From the NCBI GenBank assembly GCA_002269645.1, contig NIVC01002762.1, positions 50,877 through 114,876 on the forward strand: a stretch of DNA of 64,000 nucleotides, written 5' to 3'. This stretch comes from Macrostomum lignano (Eukaryota). The translations under genes and the position numbers were made by a program. This document shows, in pieces, positions 31,068-44,200 of the stretch. The notes under the pieces are model-generated. The model searched no databases. It saw nothing but the letters and a program-made list of their open reading frames with translations, and had not been told where the DNA came from. Within the stretch, counting starts at the first letter, position 1, and every line of letters begins with the position of its first letter.

Positions 31068-34000
31068 TCACTTCGGTCTCTTGAACTGCCTGTCCTTGGC
31101 GCCGACCTCGCACAGCTGGAGCACCCGGGCCGGCGTCAGCGGCAGCTCGAACGTCAGGTTCACGTCCGGCTTTCCCTGCTGCTTCCGGAAGGCCTCAATC
31201 GCTCTCTTGATGGCGGTGACGCAGGTGGCCGCCAGACCGAGCGGCGGCTCCCCGATCGCCTTGGTGCTGAACACGCTGTCGGTGTCTCCCGGCTTCTTCA
31301 GCAGGTGGACGCGGAAGTCGCGCGGCACGTCGGCAGCCTGCGGCGGCTTATAGTTCCAGGTACCGTCGGCCAGGTTTCGCCCGGTGTCGGAGTCGTACAC
31401 GGTTCTCTCGTCAGGTAGTAACCCATGCCGAACACGTAGGCGCCCTCGATCTGGCCAATGTCCACGCCAGGGTTGAGGCTCTTGCCGATGTCCATCGTGA
31501 TGTCGGACCGCAGGACGACGTACTCGCCGGTGAGGATGTCCACCTCCACCTCGGCCGCGCCAACGCCGAGGGTAGAGTAGCGAGCGTGCTGGCCTTCACG
31601 GTCCTTAGGATAGTAGCTGTGAATCGGTTAGGTTTAAGTTAACTTTTTACAATTCTTTAGGTAAATTTTGTCTGTTTCTAATCAAAAAAAAAGTTTTCAG
31701 GGATTCGAAGGAAAAGAGCTGTTTTCACGAGTATTGACTGTCTATTCTGTGACAGTGTCGTACAGTTATAGTTGGTTTTGTATCGACAGCGTCGCAGAAC
31801 CCTCCCACCGCTTCTGAGGACGTACTGCTCTGTCTCACATTCATCAGTGCATCTACACCTTTTAGCTGCAGCGCGTTGAAGCAGTCACCTCTGCATGGAC
31901 TCGCCAGGTGCACGAACTGCGATATTGAGTCCTATCACCGAGGTCTGTCACGACTAATTAAGACAACACACCTTAATTTGTGGCTTTACCATAGACAGTC
32001 TTGTGAAAGCGATCAAGACACATCTGCTACACCTTTCTGCGTCCTATTTCGATAAAACTGCATTCAATATCGACATCGTATATTCGATATCGGCAGCTAG
32101 CGCCTCGTGCGGCAGACTGTCTATGGAAACTGCACTCAATTTCGCCAGCGCCAATCTAAAAGGAAAATAAAGACAGAATAGTGGGATTTCTTAGAGTCTG
32201 CACAAGTACTGCATTTGGAGTACAGTCCCTACCTCGATTTTTACCATAGAGAGTCCATGCAAGCTGAAAGTCGGCAACCCACCATTTTGCAGCAGCAACC
32301 AATTTTCTTGAATTCATCATTACTGTTCCCTGACCTCTAAGTACGAGCTAATGTACATGTATTTAAATCGAAGCTTTTGCTTTCATACCAATTTCAAAAA
32401 AGGGCTTGTAGCCTAGTTTTTAGATCATCGGATTCACGACTTGAAGGTCGGGGGGTTCGATTCCTGATCTAACTGGAACAATTTGTGTCCTTGAGCAAGA
32501 CACTTAACTCTGCATTGCTTCAGTTCACCCAGCTGTAAAATGGGTGCCAGCATTAGCTGGGGTAATTGAGGGTGTGTGGCGACCCCCCAGTCCTTGGACT
32601 GAACAGCCGTACGCAGCCTTCAGATGCGCCGCGCAATAGCTGCGGCTGAGCTGTCGGTTGCACATCTGGCCCAATTGGGGCAGGCGTAATCAATTACTAT
32701 TATAATAATAATAATTATTATTATTAAAATTTCAAATCGCGCTTCGCTCCGGTTTTTCATTTTACTTTTAATTGCTCGACTTTGTATTTCATCTGGAAAT
32801 ATATATTACGACTCGTTTCGCATGCTTGTTATTGCAAGATTTTCTCTCTTTTTCTCTGACGGGAGGTGACTACAGTGAAAATTGTGTCACTGCTGCTTCT
32901 ACTGCTAAATTTTTGAAGACGTAGCCGGGTTAGGTTGGCAGATGAGCTCTCTGGACTCTCTGGAGCCTCGAAAGTAAGTCGGCCAAAGCTGAAACGCATT
33001 ATTCGTAAAAAAATTACTCGCAATTTTTTTGGTTCCGTTTTCTAAACATAATGAATTTGAGATCAAACGCTGAACAGGTGTGGTAATTAAAGCTTTTTGC
33101 TTGGTTTTCACACATTCTGGATATTTATCTGCTACAGATCTTCTCGAATTTGATGCCCGTGTCTGCATTTTCAAAGCAAGTAATTGGCATATAGGTCCAA
33201 TTCAATTACTCACGTTCCGAAAGCCTTGAGCAGTACGCCCGAGTTGATGGCAGTCGATACCAGCTCAAGCCAATTCGCCTCCGGCTTGGTTAATTTAATT
33301 GGCAACAGCCGCTCTCTGATTTGACTGCCAGCAACCTTCGCGGCCATGGCGTTGAGCTCGCTGGTAGCGCTGCCACCAGTTCCGTCCATCTGCGGCAGCA
33401 GCATGCTATCTGTCGGTTTGGTCTTCACCATGTCGAGCGCAGCACCAAACTCGGCCAGTTGAGCAACAGCCGCTTGAGCAACTTTCGTGGTCAGACCCTG
33501 GCCCATCTCGGCACCGCAGTGCACAATAGAGATGCTGCCGTCAATGAGCACAGTGACATCTACCTGAGGTATTCCGAACCTCTCGTAGGACACCGGATAG
33601 GATATTCCGGACATGTCTATGCCGCGTTTTCTGTACAAGTTCTCCTATTTTAATTTATTATAAAGGAGGGGTTACAGCTCGTGTTTGAATGAAATAACTA
33701 TAGCTGAATATACAGCTTTGAGTTAGCTCACCTTATTGAACTGCTCAACACGTTTTCTTCGCTTGTCAATATCAGCTGCAATGCTGAGCTCATCCCACAT
33801 TCGCGCCATGTTGTCGTCGGGCCGTTTTAGACCGGTAAAGTCAGTCTGGACGGAGTTTAAGTAGGTAATTAAAAATGTGTTCTTTAAGATGTGCTCTGTG
33901 CTGCAATTGTGACAAGTTGAGACGGCCGTTGACAGTGGATCATGATGGATCACACCTGTTGACAGTGGATCATGATGGATCACACCTGTTGACAGTGGAT

Positions 34001-34990
34001 CATGATGGATCACACCTGTTGACAGTGGATCATGATGGATCACACCTGTTGACAGCGGCTACGGGTAATTTTACACCCAAACATGTACATATAATAATAA
34101 TATTTGAATGTCCCTATGACACCTGCCCCAATGGCGCCGCGCATCTGAATGCTGCGTACGGCTGTTCAGTCCCAGGACTGGGGGGTCGCCACACACATCC
34201 ACTCAATTACCCCAGCTAATTCTGGCACCCATTTTACAGCTGGGTGAACTGAAGCAACGCAGAGTTAAATGTCTTGCTCAAGGACGCAAATCGTTCCTAG
34301 CGGGTAGAGAATCGAACTCCCGACCTTTCAGTCATGAGTCCGACGCTCTCTGACCACTAGGCTAAACGACGCTGCTAAACGATCGATAGTAAAACTACGA
34401 GCTAAGAATATCATCTTCGAATGCAATCAGAAGTATTGCACCTGACTGACTTACCTGACCGGCACAGTACAGGTTCCTTCTTTTGAACTCAATAGGATCC
34501 AATTTCAACTCGTGAGCCAGGTGATCCATCATGAGCAGGCTAAATACTGCTGCTGGCGCCGAGCCCGGACATCGCACGGACGTTGTCTGTGGCTTATTAG
34601 TCTTCAAGAACAGCAGATCCCGCTTGTAAGTCGGCGAATAGAACGCCTGATCCAGGGACTGGTCGATTTCGTGTCCCAGAATCACGATAAAGTTGCACGA
34701 ACTGCCGGCATCGACAATTGACTGCCAGTGAACGCTCATTAACTGCCCGTCGGCGGATGCTCCAGCTCTGTATTTGGCCATCACAGTCGGTCGCTTCTGT
34801 CCGCATTGAGCCAGCGTGTCCAGGCGCACAAACATGCGACACGGCCGGTGAGTGATGTCGCAAGCGATGGCGCACACAGCAACTGCGTGGTCAACCTTGT
34901 TGTCGATTAAGATGATGTTTGCAAAAATGTGAGTCATGCCGAATTAACTCGATTGCTGATAGAAGCTCGTAGTCGGTGGGAGACAGATAA

Positions 34991-35037
<47 letters not shown>

Positions 35038-35122
35038 CGCCAGGGGTTAGCGAAATGGGCGGCAACGCCTCCTCGCTGTTTCCGGACGCACGGAGCCCCC
35101 TGCAGCTAAGTCAAGTAAGTAA

Positions 35123-35153
<31 letters not shown>

Positions 35154-35154
35154 A

Positions 35155-35207
<53 letters not shown>

Positions 35208-35214
35208 CACAGAA

Positions 35215-35273
<59 letters not shown>

Positions 35274-38200
35274 GACAGACAGACAAATCGTGAACTACAC
35301 ATTTTTGAGCAAAGAACTCACTAAGCTTTTTAACCAAGACTTTTTAAAATGATCAGTATGTTCATTAGAAGCAATCAATCAGTAAATATTGATGTACAAA
35401 CCATGAAAAACTTTCCACCGAAGCCGCCGCCAATTCTCGGACAGATCACTCGAAACTGATGCTGCGGTCGACGCATGACTTTGGCCAGCACCGCGGCCAC
35501 AATCTCTGCCCACTGATGCGGCGCGTTCACTACAAAACCTTCCTCGGTTTGGCGGACACTCGCGGTGATCGACTCCATGAAAAAGTGCATCTGCTCACCC
35601 ACAGAAATCTCACCTTCTACTTGAACCGGCTGTTCGCTTAAGGCAATATCGGGGTCCAGTTTAGAAACTTTCTGAGTATCGTGAAAGTAAATTGACTTCT
35701 TTTTGAATGCTTCTGTTGGGTGCAGAATCGGTTCCGACTTTCCGGGTTCGTATCGGACAGCCACCAGACTGGCCGCTCGGTCGGCGGCCCACTGCGAGTC
35801 AGCCGCAGCCACGGCTATGGGCTGACCGGCAAATGCCACGTCGGACGAAGGAAAAATTTCGTCTGTTTGCCTTGGAAATTTTTTTCTGTGTTATAAATGG
35901 AAATTACGCACCTGTGCATCTCTGAAGCTATAATATTACGAGTACTTACGAATCCTTTGGGAAAATAGGCAAGCTAATATTATTGTTGTATCTTCCTTCC
36001 AGGTCACTGACAGACAGTAAGCGCTGATACCCAGGAACATTCTAAAACGGAAAGCAAGAGATACTTCCAATCAGCTACTAAGGCACATTTGTTGTTGGTC
36101 GTAATCTTAGAGACTACTTGGATTGTTAATGTTAAATAACCTCAGCTTCCTCAGTGTCGAAACCTGTGACCTTGATGGCGGCCTCGGGAGCCAGAACGTA
36201 GGCCAAGAACAGCTCATTTGCGTGAGCTGGGTAGTCGTTCACGTAGGTGGCCTCGCCGGATGTCTGCGCCTTGGACTCGAGCTTCCTGACCGACTGGCCC
36301 AGCGGTGCCGGCTGAAGCTCTTCGACAAAGTCCTGCTCGCCCCTCTGGAGAGGCCGGGTGAGGACGGGACCGCCCGAGCGAGCGGCGCCTTCCACAGCGT
36401 CGCTGCCGATGTCCAAGATGGTCTTGTAGAGAAGATTCACGGCCAGCTGTCGACGGTGCTCGGGCGAGGAGGCGGTGGCTTCCTCGACCGGCACCACCTC
36501 CGACTCGAGCACCTTTAGTGCCGCTGTGAGGATTAAAATGCTTGAGTAAAATAATAATCTTATTATCATTGAAAATAATATTGTTTTAAGTTTTCATAAG
36601 CTTACACTCCACAACTTCTGAATCCATAAGGCTCTTGTGCAGAAGAAAGTTCTCTGTCCCCGTGGCTCGATTCTACGACAAAAACGTACACAAAAATTAA
36701 GCTGTGAGGCTACTAAAGCTACAGAACTACAGAACCACATGCAGTGCTTACAAATTTGTCAGAAATTCCTCCAATAACAATAGTAGGACGCTCAATCACA
36801 GTGTAGTCTTTTTGCTTATTAACGGCAAGCTGGAACGCTCCGTTGACGTAGGCATGAGCGTTCTGCAAAACGTGGAGAGTGACATTTTATATACTAGAGC
36901 AGTGAAAAAGAGCTAGATAATGTTGCACGTGTAACTCACAAGCTGACGCAGCGTGATCTTGAACGACCTGTAGAAGTGCTGGTCCGTCGAGATCGCCGGC
37001 AGCTTGGCCGACACGATCACCTTCCCGCGCATGTCCAGCCTCAGAAAGTCGGTCAGCACGTGATCCTGAGTACCCTGCTCATCCGCCACCTTGATCACGG
37101 TCTTTGCCGCCTCCAGTGTGATGAACACGTCCGACGGAAAGTCCTGGTGTCGGTGCTTCATCATGAGGTTTCCAGCCCACGACGCATTCGCGCGAACGGC
37201 CTGATTGGCTACCTGCTGGTAGTGGTCGCTGATTCTGTCGAGGTGAGCCAGTCCGGTCACCTTCTCGGCGGCCTCCTTGAATGTGTCGATCAACTCGCGC
37301 AGAGTGACGGTAGCACCGATCTCCAGACCCGACTTGCTCAGCTGAAACCAATGCGAAGTGTTACTTAGCTTGCACTTTGAGCGTACAGTCCATCTGATAA
37401 ACTCTTGCTGTAACATCTACTACTCACCCTGATGTTGTGCAGCTCTGGAACGTTGCGAACGTTGATGTAGCAGTTGACGAGCACGTCTTCCTTGAACACT
37501 CCGGCAGAAGTGTTTCCGCACACGAGCTGGTACTCATCGTCCTTGTACCGCTTGAGCAGCTTGAGCAGTTGGTCTAAGCTTCCAGGATTGTAGAAGCGCT
37601 GTCCCTTCCAGCCGCGAGCGATCGGGATCACACCGGATGTAGGTGGTTTCGCGATGCCTTCAGCGCACAGGCTCTTGTTCATTTCCTGAGCAATGGAGTT
37701 GATGTTGTATGTGTGAAGGGGTTGAATGGGATGTTGAAAGGTACTACTGATTGTGCGCCAGATAACATAGGTGCAAACCTCAGACTCACCTCGATGTCCA
37801 CGCAATCACCGTTGTTCGAGTCGCACGCGAACGACTTCATGCCGTCGAGAATGGACCGATAGCCTGTGCAGCGACAAATGTTTCCATCGAAGAAGTGCTC
37901 GACCTGCTGCATCGTCGGCTTCGGGTTCTCCTGCAGCTGGCTGTACATGCTCATGACGAATCCGGGAGAGCAGAAGCCGCACTGGGTTCCATAGTGCTCG
38001 GCGAGTCTCTCTTGGATCGGGTGGTACGGCTTGCCGCTGCCTCCGATGCCCTCGATGGTGGTGACATGCCAGCCTACTGCCGAGTACACCGGACACAAGC
38101 ACTGCAAACGATCACACGAGTCGCGTCATGACCCCAGAGCTGACGTATTCAACTTCATCCTTAGTAGGTCGTAATCACGAAGCAAAAGGTGACTCACCGA

Positions 38201-38513
38201 GTTGACAGGCACTGACACGACCTCTTCTGTAGCCGGGTGCTTGTAGGTGGCCGTGACAACGCAGCATCCGCACCCGCCTTCTCTACACATAACTTTGGTG
38301 CCCTTGAGGTTGAGCACATCGCGAAGGAAGTCGTTCAGGCTGGTCTCAGGGTTGCAGTCTCTGGGAACTACATTAAACGTTTGGGAAGAAATTGATCAAA
38401 AGTGCCAATTAATGAAGAAAAGTCAAGAAAGAATGCTTATCTCGCTTACTATCGATGGGTTTTCCATTGACCCACACTGCTGGGTCTCTGATGGAAGACG
38501 AGACGTCACTCAT
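31068..38513 (-). CDS. Aldehyde oxidase/xanthine dehydrogenase-family molybdo-flavoenzyme, copy A (14 exons, about 1290 aa); 1-nt frameshift at about 31410 in the last exon
   Basis: Exon 1 38513-38450 ([21 protein letters not shown]); 2Fe-2S motifs [26 protein letters not shown]; FAD segment VCGNTSAG and ASWAGN; Mo-domain [28 protein letters not shown]; last exon 31616-31068. Confidence 0.92.
32401..32727 (+). mobile_element. tRNA-derived SINE with CORE-like central domain and (TAA)/(TAT) tail
   Basis: B-box GGTTCGATTCC; GTGTCCTTGAGCAAGACACTTAAC...CTTCAGTTCACCCAGCTGTAAAATGGG resembles the remembered MIR/CORE consensus GTGACCTTGGGCAAGTCACTTAAC...CTCAGTTTCCTCATCTGTAAAATGGG. Confidence 0.8.
33927..34053. 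repeat. 30-bp array (GTTGACAGTGGATCATGATGGATCACACCT), about 4 copies
   Basis: Direct reading. Confidence 0.95.
34110..34372 (-). mobile_element. Second copy of the CORE-like SINE, inverted relative to 32401-32727
   Basis: Minus strand TAGCCTAGTGG (A-box)...GTTCGATTC (B-box)...GTCCTTGAGCAAGACATTTAAC...CAGCTGTAAAATGGGTGCC...GGACTGAACAGCCGTACGCAGC shared with the plus copy. Confidence 0.85.
34985..35285. repeat. (AGAC)n microsatellite interrupted by an ~80-bp GC-rich segment (about 35037-35120)
   Basis: Direct reading. Confidence 0.95.
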
Positions 38514-38961
38514 AGTCGGTCGGTTTGCAGATCAATACAATTTCTGTCGTTTTTTTCTATCGAACGACGGCTCTCCCACAGTCACTTCAGCTACTGTTTT
38601 AAATAGCATACTCCAGCGAGAAAGTGTGCTTAGCTTATTTGGTATTGCTGCTTTTAGCCAATTAAGGCAAGTCAGATCTTTACTATCTTTTGAAGTACTT
38701 GGCAAAGGAAATGGAACGGCTTTTTTAGATTGGAGCCGGTCAGTATGTGTTCATACTTTATTGCACGTGCCTCGCTATGTCAGCAGTTTATAGCTTGCTG
38801 AATGCCAACACTTGCGTTAGAAATTGATCTCTTAATGATAAGAGAACGGAAGATAGCTTTGAGATACATGTAGAACTGAGAAGCTCGTGTTTTTCGAACT
38901 ACATTTCATAGCCACACTCCTTTGACCGACAACAAGCATTTTGAAACGATTTCTTTTAATA

Positions 38962-39634
38962 AACTCAGCAACATTGAAAAGTTTCCACCCTCGCGCCAGC
39001 CGTATATTTAGAGTTTCAAAACTGGTTTTTGTCGCCAGACTTGTGCTATGGACAAAAACTTGGGTCATAGACGCCAGATAGGTCGAAGGAAACAGTCACA
39101 TGGAGCAGACAGCAGCAGCTTACAGGAGTCTAAAATCCACGTTCGCAACCGAACGCAATGGTTCGCCAAATGACCGACCTGGAACGAGCGCGCGCCATTG
39201 GCATGCTGGACGCTGGGATGTCCATCCGAGCTGTTGCTCGCTAAATTGGGCGGTCATGAATCCCATAGAGCACGTTTGGGATTACCTGAAGCGCTCGATT
39301 CGGCGCGACAATCCGCCGCAAAACGTTGCCCAACTGCGCGAATCACTGTCTACTGCATGGCAACAACTACCGCAAGATTTTCTGCGACGCCTGGTTCTGG
39401 GGATGCCCCGGAGAGTGAGCGCTCTGCTGCACGCACGTGGCTGCTATACGCGTTACTGACCCTGTTCTGGGCAAGTTGTCACCCATGCTCGCGTACTTTG
39501 TTTCTTCGCTGTTCCTTTGCTTCGTTCGAATCCGGATTATATATTTGTCTATGGCTCAAACCACGAACATCTCCACCCACCAAAACGTTGACCCTTCGCG
39601 CGTTGGGGTGGAAACTTTTCAATGTTGCTGAGTT
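38962..39634 (+). mobile_element. Internally deleted Tc1/mariner element (673 bp)
   Basis: 29-bp perfect TIR AACTCAGCAACATTGAAAAGTTTCCACCC (38962-38990 / 39606-39634), left flank TA. HTH start MTDLERARAIGMLDAGMSIRAVAR is fused directly to the C-terminal MNPIEHVWDYLKR...MPRRVSALLHARGCYTRY*. Confidence 0.88.
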
Positions 39635-40129
39635 GAATTGTCTATGGCCGAAACAGGACTTTCAGTTATTGACCAGCCATTAAGCAAAGGTCATTACCGT
39701 GATGTAAAATTTCGATCAGTGGCTTGCAAGGCCGATAGTGTGTAGCTGATAAATACGTTTCGGCCATACACCATCCACAGAAAAGCAAATGCTTATATTC
39801 CTGCATTCATGCCAAAAAAATTGGCTAGACTATAATCTGTTCTTCTGATTTATACCCCTTTTGGCCGCTCCAAATAAATGGCTCCGCCAATAGGAAAGCA
39901 AGAATCATTTATCTGGCCCGAGCCAAATAAACGATCCAAATAAATTAGACGCACGAATAACGATTTTTTAAATTTTATTTCGTCTATGGCTATAATAGAC
40001 AATTATAGTAGACAACAGAGTATAATGTTGTGAACAAGTAAATAACACAAAATTTTCCGTTTAAAGTTAGTCAATGGGTCATAACAAAGCAGCTCAATCA
40101 AACTAGACAACTACACGATTCGTCTCACC

Positions 40130-40715
40130 GCACAACTCCACACGCATCTTCTTTGCTGGTGGCTGTCCATTGGCAGGCCCCTCATTCGTGTCTTCATGCC
40201 ACGATCGAAAGACTCCTAGCCATCCAATTGCACTTCTTCTTTGTAGCTTCTGGCACATCAGACGCAATCATTTCATTGAGTCTTTGCTCATCTTCGTTGT
40301 AGTCGGTTGCCGGAGGAGCATTTGACAAGTTATCCAGAAGAGCTTGGACTTCAGCAAGACTAATACGTTCGAAACCGAAGCTCATGTTATCAATGTCACT
40401 CATGTTGAAAATAGCTCGAATTTCGCTGTTTTTTTAATTTAAGAGATTTGGTTGAGATTTCTCCCTCTGCAAGCTTCGCTTTTCTTTTTAGTAACTGTAC
40501 CAAGCTTTTTTAATTTTATTCGTCTATGGTTAGAATATGGGGGCTTCGCCCCCACACCCCCAGCAAGAAATCTGCATGCCCCCTCATCCCCGCTAGCAGC
40601 CAACATACCGAACGGGGTATAAATATATTATTTCCGTTTATTTAGTCTATGGTCTGAATTAATGGCAGAGGACTCGTTTCTTGGCCGAGGCAAAGAAATA
40701 AATAAACGGAAATAA
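40130..40715 (-). mobile_element. Possible Crypton/tyrosine-recombinase (DUF3504-like) element relic
   Basis: EQRLNEMIASDVPEATKKKCNWMARS-F-RSW (one frameshift) resembles the remembered N-terminal S.VP.NT.K.T.WA...F..W motif; 17-bp perfect inverted repeat at 40628-40644 / 40699-40715. No catalytic domain seen. Confidence 0.4.
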
Positions 40716-41285
40716 CTTTTACTTCTATACTAAAAATATGCCTGAACACTGATGCTAATGGCGATTTAAAAGTTGAGTACACTTCTTATATAGTCATTTC
40801 TTAGTTTATTCTTCTTAAAGGGCAATAAAACTAAATATTATTACAAATAAAAAACTTTTAGACTTTTTAGTCTTATTGATTCTTTTTTAAGTTTCTTTAA
40901 AGTTAGAACAACGTTTGCAATAAAAATCAATTCTAGATCGGTGACATTGTGCGATTGGAATAAAATCATTGAGAAAGGATATTTCCAGAGCAACAATCAG
41001 CATAAACACTCACACATACTCGTAGGTATTTATTTTAAAATTTGTTAAAGTATTAAATTAAAATATTGCATAAAGAATCGAGTCGTTTCCAGGGTTGCAG
41101 ATTGGTTTATTAAGTGAGTGATTTATTAACTATCGACCAAACAAAGGTTTGATAAAAAATCATTCTTCATAAATATATTAAGCTCGGACCAGGCGTGGCA
41201 TGGTTCAATCAAAGAATATAAACTGTAATCATTATGATTTTTTACTCAAACTGCCCCAAAAATTTACTCAAATAAAGTAGGGCTT

Positions 41286-44200
41286 TTACTTGAACATCTT
41301 AAACTGCCTGTCCTTGGCGCCGACCTCGCACAGCTGGAGCACCCGGGCCGGCGTCAGCGGCAGCTCGAACGTCAGGTTCACGTCCGGCTTTCCCTGCTGC
41401 TTCCGGAAGGCCTCAATCGCTCTCTTGATGGCGGTGACGCAGGTGGCCGCCAGACCGAGCGGCGGCTCCCCGATCGCCTTCGTGCTGAACACGCTGTCGG
41501 TGTCTCCCGGCTTCTTCAGCAGGTGGACGCGGAAGTCGCGCGGCACGTCGGCAGCCTGCGGCGGCTTATAGTTCCAGGTACCGTCGGCCAGGTTTCGCCC
41601 GGTGTCGGAGTCGTACACGGTTCTCTCGGTCAGGTAGTAACCCATGCCGAACACGTAGGCGCCCTCGATCTGGCCAATGTCCACGCCAGGGTTGAGGCTC
41701 TTGCCGATGTCCATCATGATGTCCGAGCGCAGGACGACGTACTCGCCGGTGAGGATGTCCACTTCCACCTCTGCCGCGCCAACGCCGAGGGTAGAGTAGC
41801 GAGCGTGCTTGTTTTCCCGGTTCTGTGAGACGTAGCTGTGTATTAATATATGTTTAGGCAAAAATAGATGCTCAGGTAATATTGTTGTCTAAAACACGAG
41901 CCACTGTTTCATTCTGCCTAACTGAGTTTGCAAGGTATTTTCTTTTTAAGAACCAGAGTTAACAACTCTTTTCAAAGTTAACCAACTTCAAGTGACTTAA
42001 ACCTGTAAACTTGTGAAATTTCGTGCGCGATATGCAAACAAAGTTATATTCAGTTCAATTGGCACCTGTTTAGGATCCACCCCATGTACTATAAACGATA
42101 TATTAAGTGTTATAGTACGCTCGTACATTGAAAAAATTTCTTAACTGAAGTTTCTTACGTTCCAAACGCCTTGAGCAAGACTCCCGACATAATAGCGGTC
42201 ATTACTAGCTCATTCCAACCGGCATCTGGCTTATTCTCTTTGATTGGCAGCAAGCGCTCTCTGATTTGCTCGGCAGCAACCTTCGCGGCCATTGCGTTGA
42301 GCTCGCTGGTAGCGCTGCCACCAGTTCCGTCCATCTGCGGCAGCAGCATGCTATCTGTCGGTTTGGTCTTCACCATGTCGAGCGTAGCGCCAAACTCGGC
42401 CAGTTGAGCAACAGCCGCTTGAGCAACTTTCGTAGTCAGACCCTGGCCCATCTCTGAACCGCTGTGCACAATAGAGATGCTGCCGTCCATGTGCACTGTC
42501 ATGTCCACTTCCGATGGGCCAAATCTGGCGTAGCTGATGTGGTACGAGATTGCAGACATGTCGAGTCCTCTCTTCTTGTAGTGATTTTCCTAAAAGTATG
42601 ATATAGGTTACCGAGTATTCATTTTTATTTTTTAATTTTTTATTCAGAAATATAACTTTGCAAGGTCGAAAGAATTAATATCATTGGTAACAATCACACC
42701 TTATTGAACTTCTCGATTGCACTTCGACGCTTCTCAATATCGGCCTCTTTGTAAAGGTCGTCCCACATCCGCCCCAGGTTATTGTCAGCTCGCTCCATTC
42801 CGTGCTGGTCGACCTATAGTGATTGTTCGCGTGTATTTTTTACTGACTAAACGTCATATTATTGTTTCGAAGCGAGCATCAGAATTACAAACCTGGCCAG
42901 CACGATAAAGATTCTTCCTTTTAAACTCAATCGGATCCATCCTGAGCTCATGGGCCATATGGTCCATCATGAGTAGATTAAGCATAGCGGCTGGAGCGGA
43001 TCCGGGCGCCCTGACGGCAGTAGCCTGCGGCTTGTTTGACTTCATGTAGGTTAGGTCCCGTTTAAATGTGTCAGCGTGATACGCCTGGTCCAGCGAATCG
43101 TCCATCTCGCGGCCGATCAGCGTGATGAAGTTGCACGCGTATCCAGCTTCAACAGCCGAGTCCCAGTGAACGCTTCGGAGAACGCCATCAGTGTCAGCTC
43201 CGGCCTTGTACTTAGCAACAATGGTCGGTCGCTTCTGTCCGCTGAGTGCAAAGGTGTCCAGGCGTAGGTACATCCGGCAGGGACGATGCGTGATGTCGCA
43301 TGCAATCGCGCACACCGCAATCACGTGATCTACCTGCAATTCGGCCCCGAATTTCAGAGATGCTCAGAGAGAGATAGGGGCGTAGCGTGGAGCTTAGCTG
43401 GCCCTTTTAGGCTTGTAATTCGTGGTACCGGCGCTTAGCTTACGTCAAGCGCCCTCCCCCCCCCCAAATAAATGGGGCCCAAATATACGTGAAAAGACTC
43501 GCACCCAAAATTAACCCTGTGACTACTTGCTTAGGCCCGATTCAAAAACAACTGCATAGTAACTAGTGAATCTACCAGTTACCAGCTACCAGCTACCAGC
43601 TACCAGTTAGCAGCTACCAGCTACCAGCTACCGGCTATCAGCTACCAGTTAGCAGCTACCAGTTACCAGCTACCGGCTACCAGCTACCGGCTACCATCTA
43701 CCGGCTACCAGCTACCGGCTACCATCTACCGGCTACCAGCTACCAGCTACCAGCTACCGGCTATCAGCTACCAGTTACCAGCTACCAGCTACCGGCTACC
43801 AGCTACCGGCTACCAGCTACCAGCTACATTGTACCAGTGATTACTTTTCAGTCTGAGAAAAGCCAGTCCCCTAGACGTGTTCTGATTGGTCGAGAAACCC
43901 TTTAAACAGCCGTCAAAACTAAACGGATTTGGTAGACTTCGATTTGCTTCCTTGATAGATTCACAAAAATTCCAAATAAAGAAGGTTGCGGCCTACTTGT
44001 TATTTATGAAATCGGATTTTGAAGGACTGGTAAAAATCAGTAGTAGCTCCATCTATTTGATGCAAGATTATGAATGCAGCAACTACTTGACAGTTGACAC
44101 TGCTGAATATACGTCTGTAAGACGGTATTTCTGAAGTCACTTTAGTCACATGAGAAGAGAGAGAGAGATGAAGAACCCATGAGTAGGCACTAAGTGAAGA

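Noticed and set aside
32401-32470. tRNA gene (also 34300-34372, 12340-12416, 3610-3672, 7110-7173)
   Set aside because: A/B boxes are present, but there is no complete cloverleaf or acceptor stem and each runs into a repeat body, so these are SINE heads.
43376-43530. hAT-like left end TAGGGGCGTAGC
   Set aside because: No matching right TIR or TSD found.
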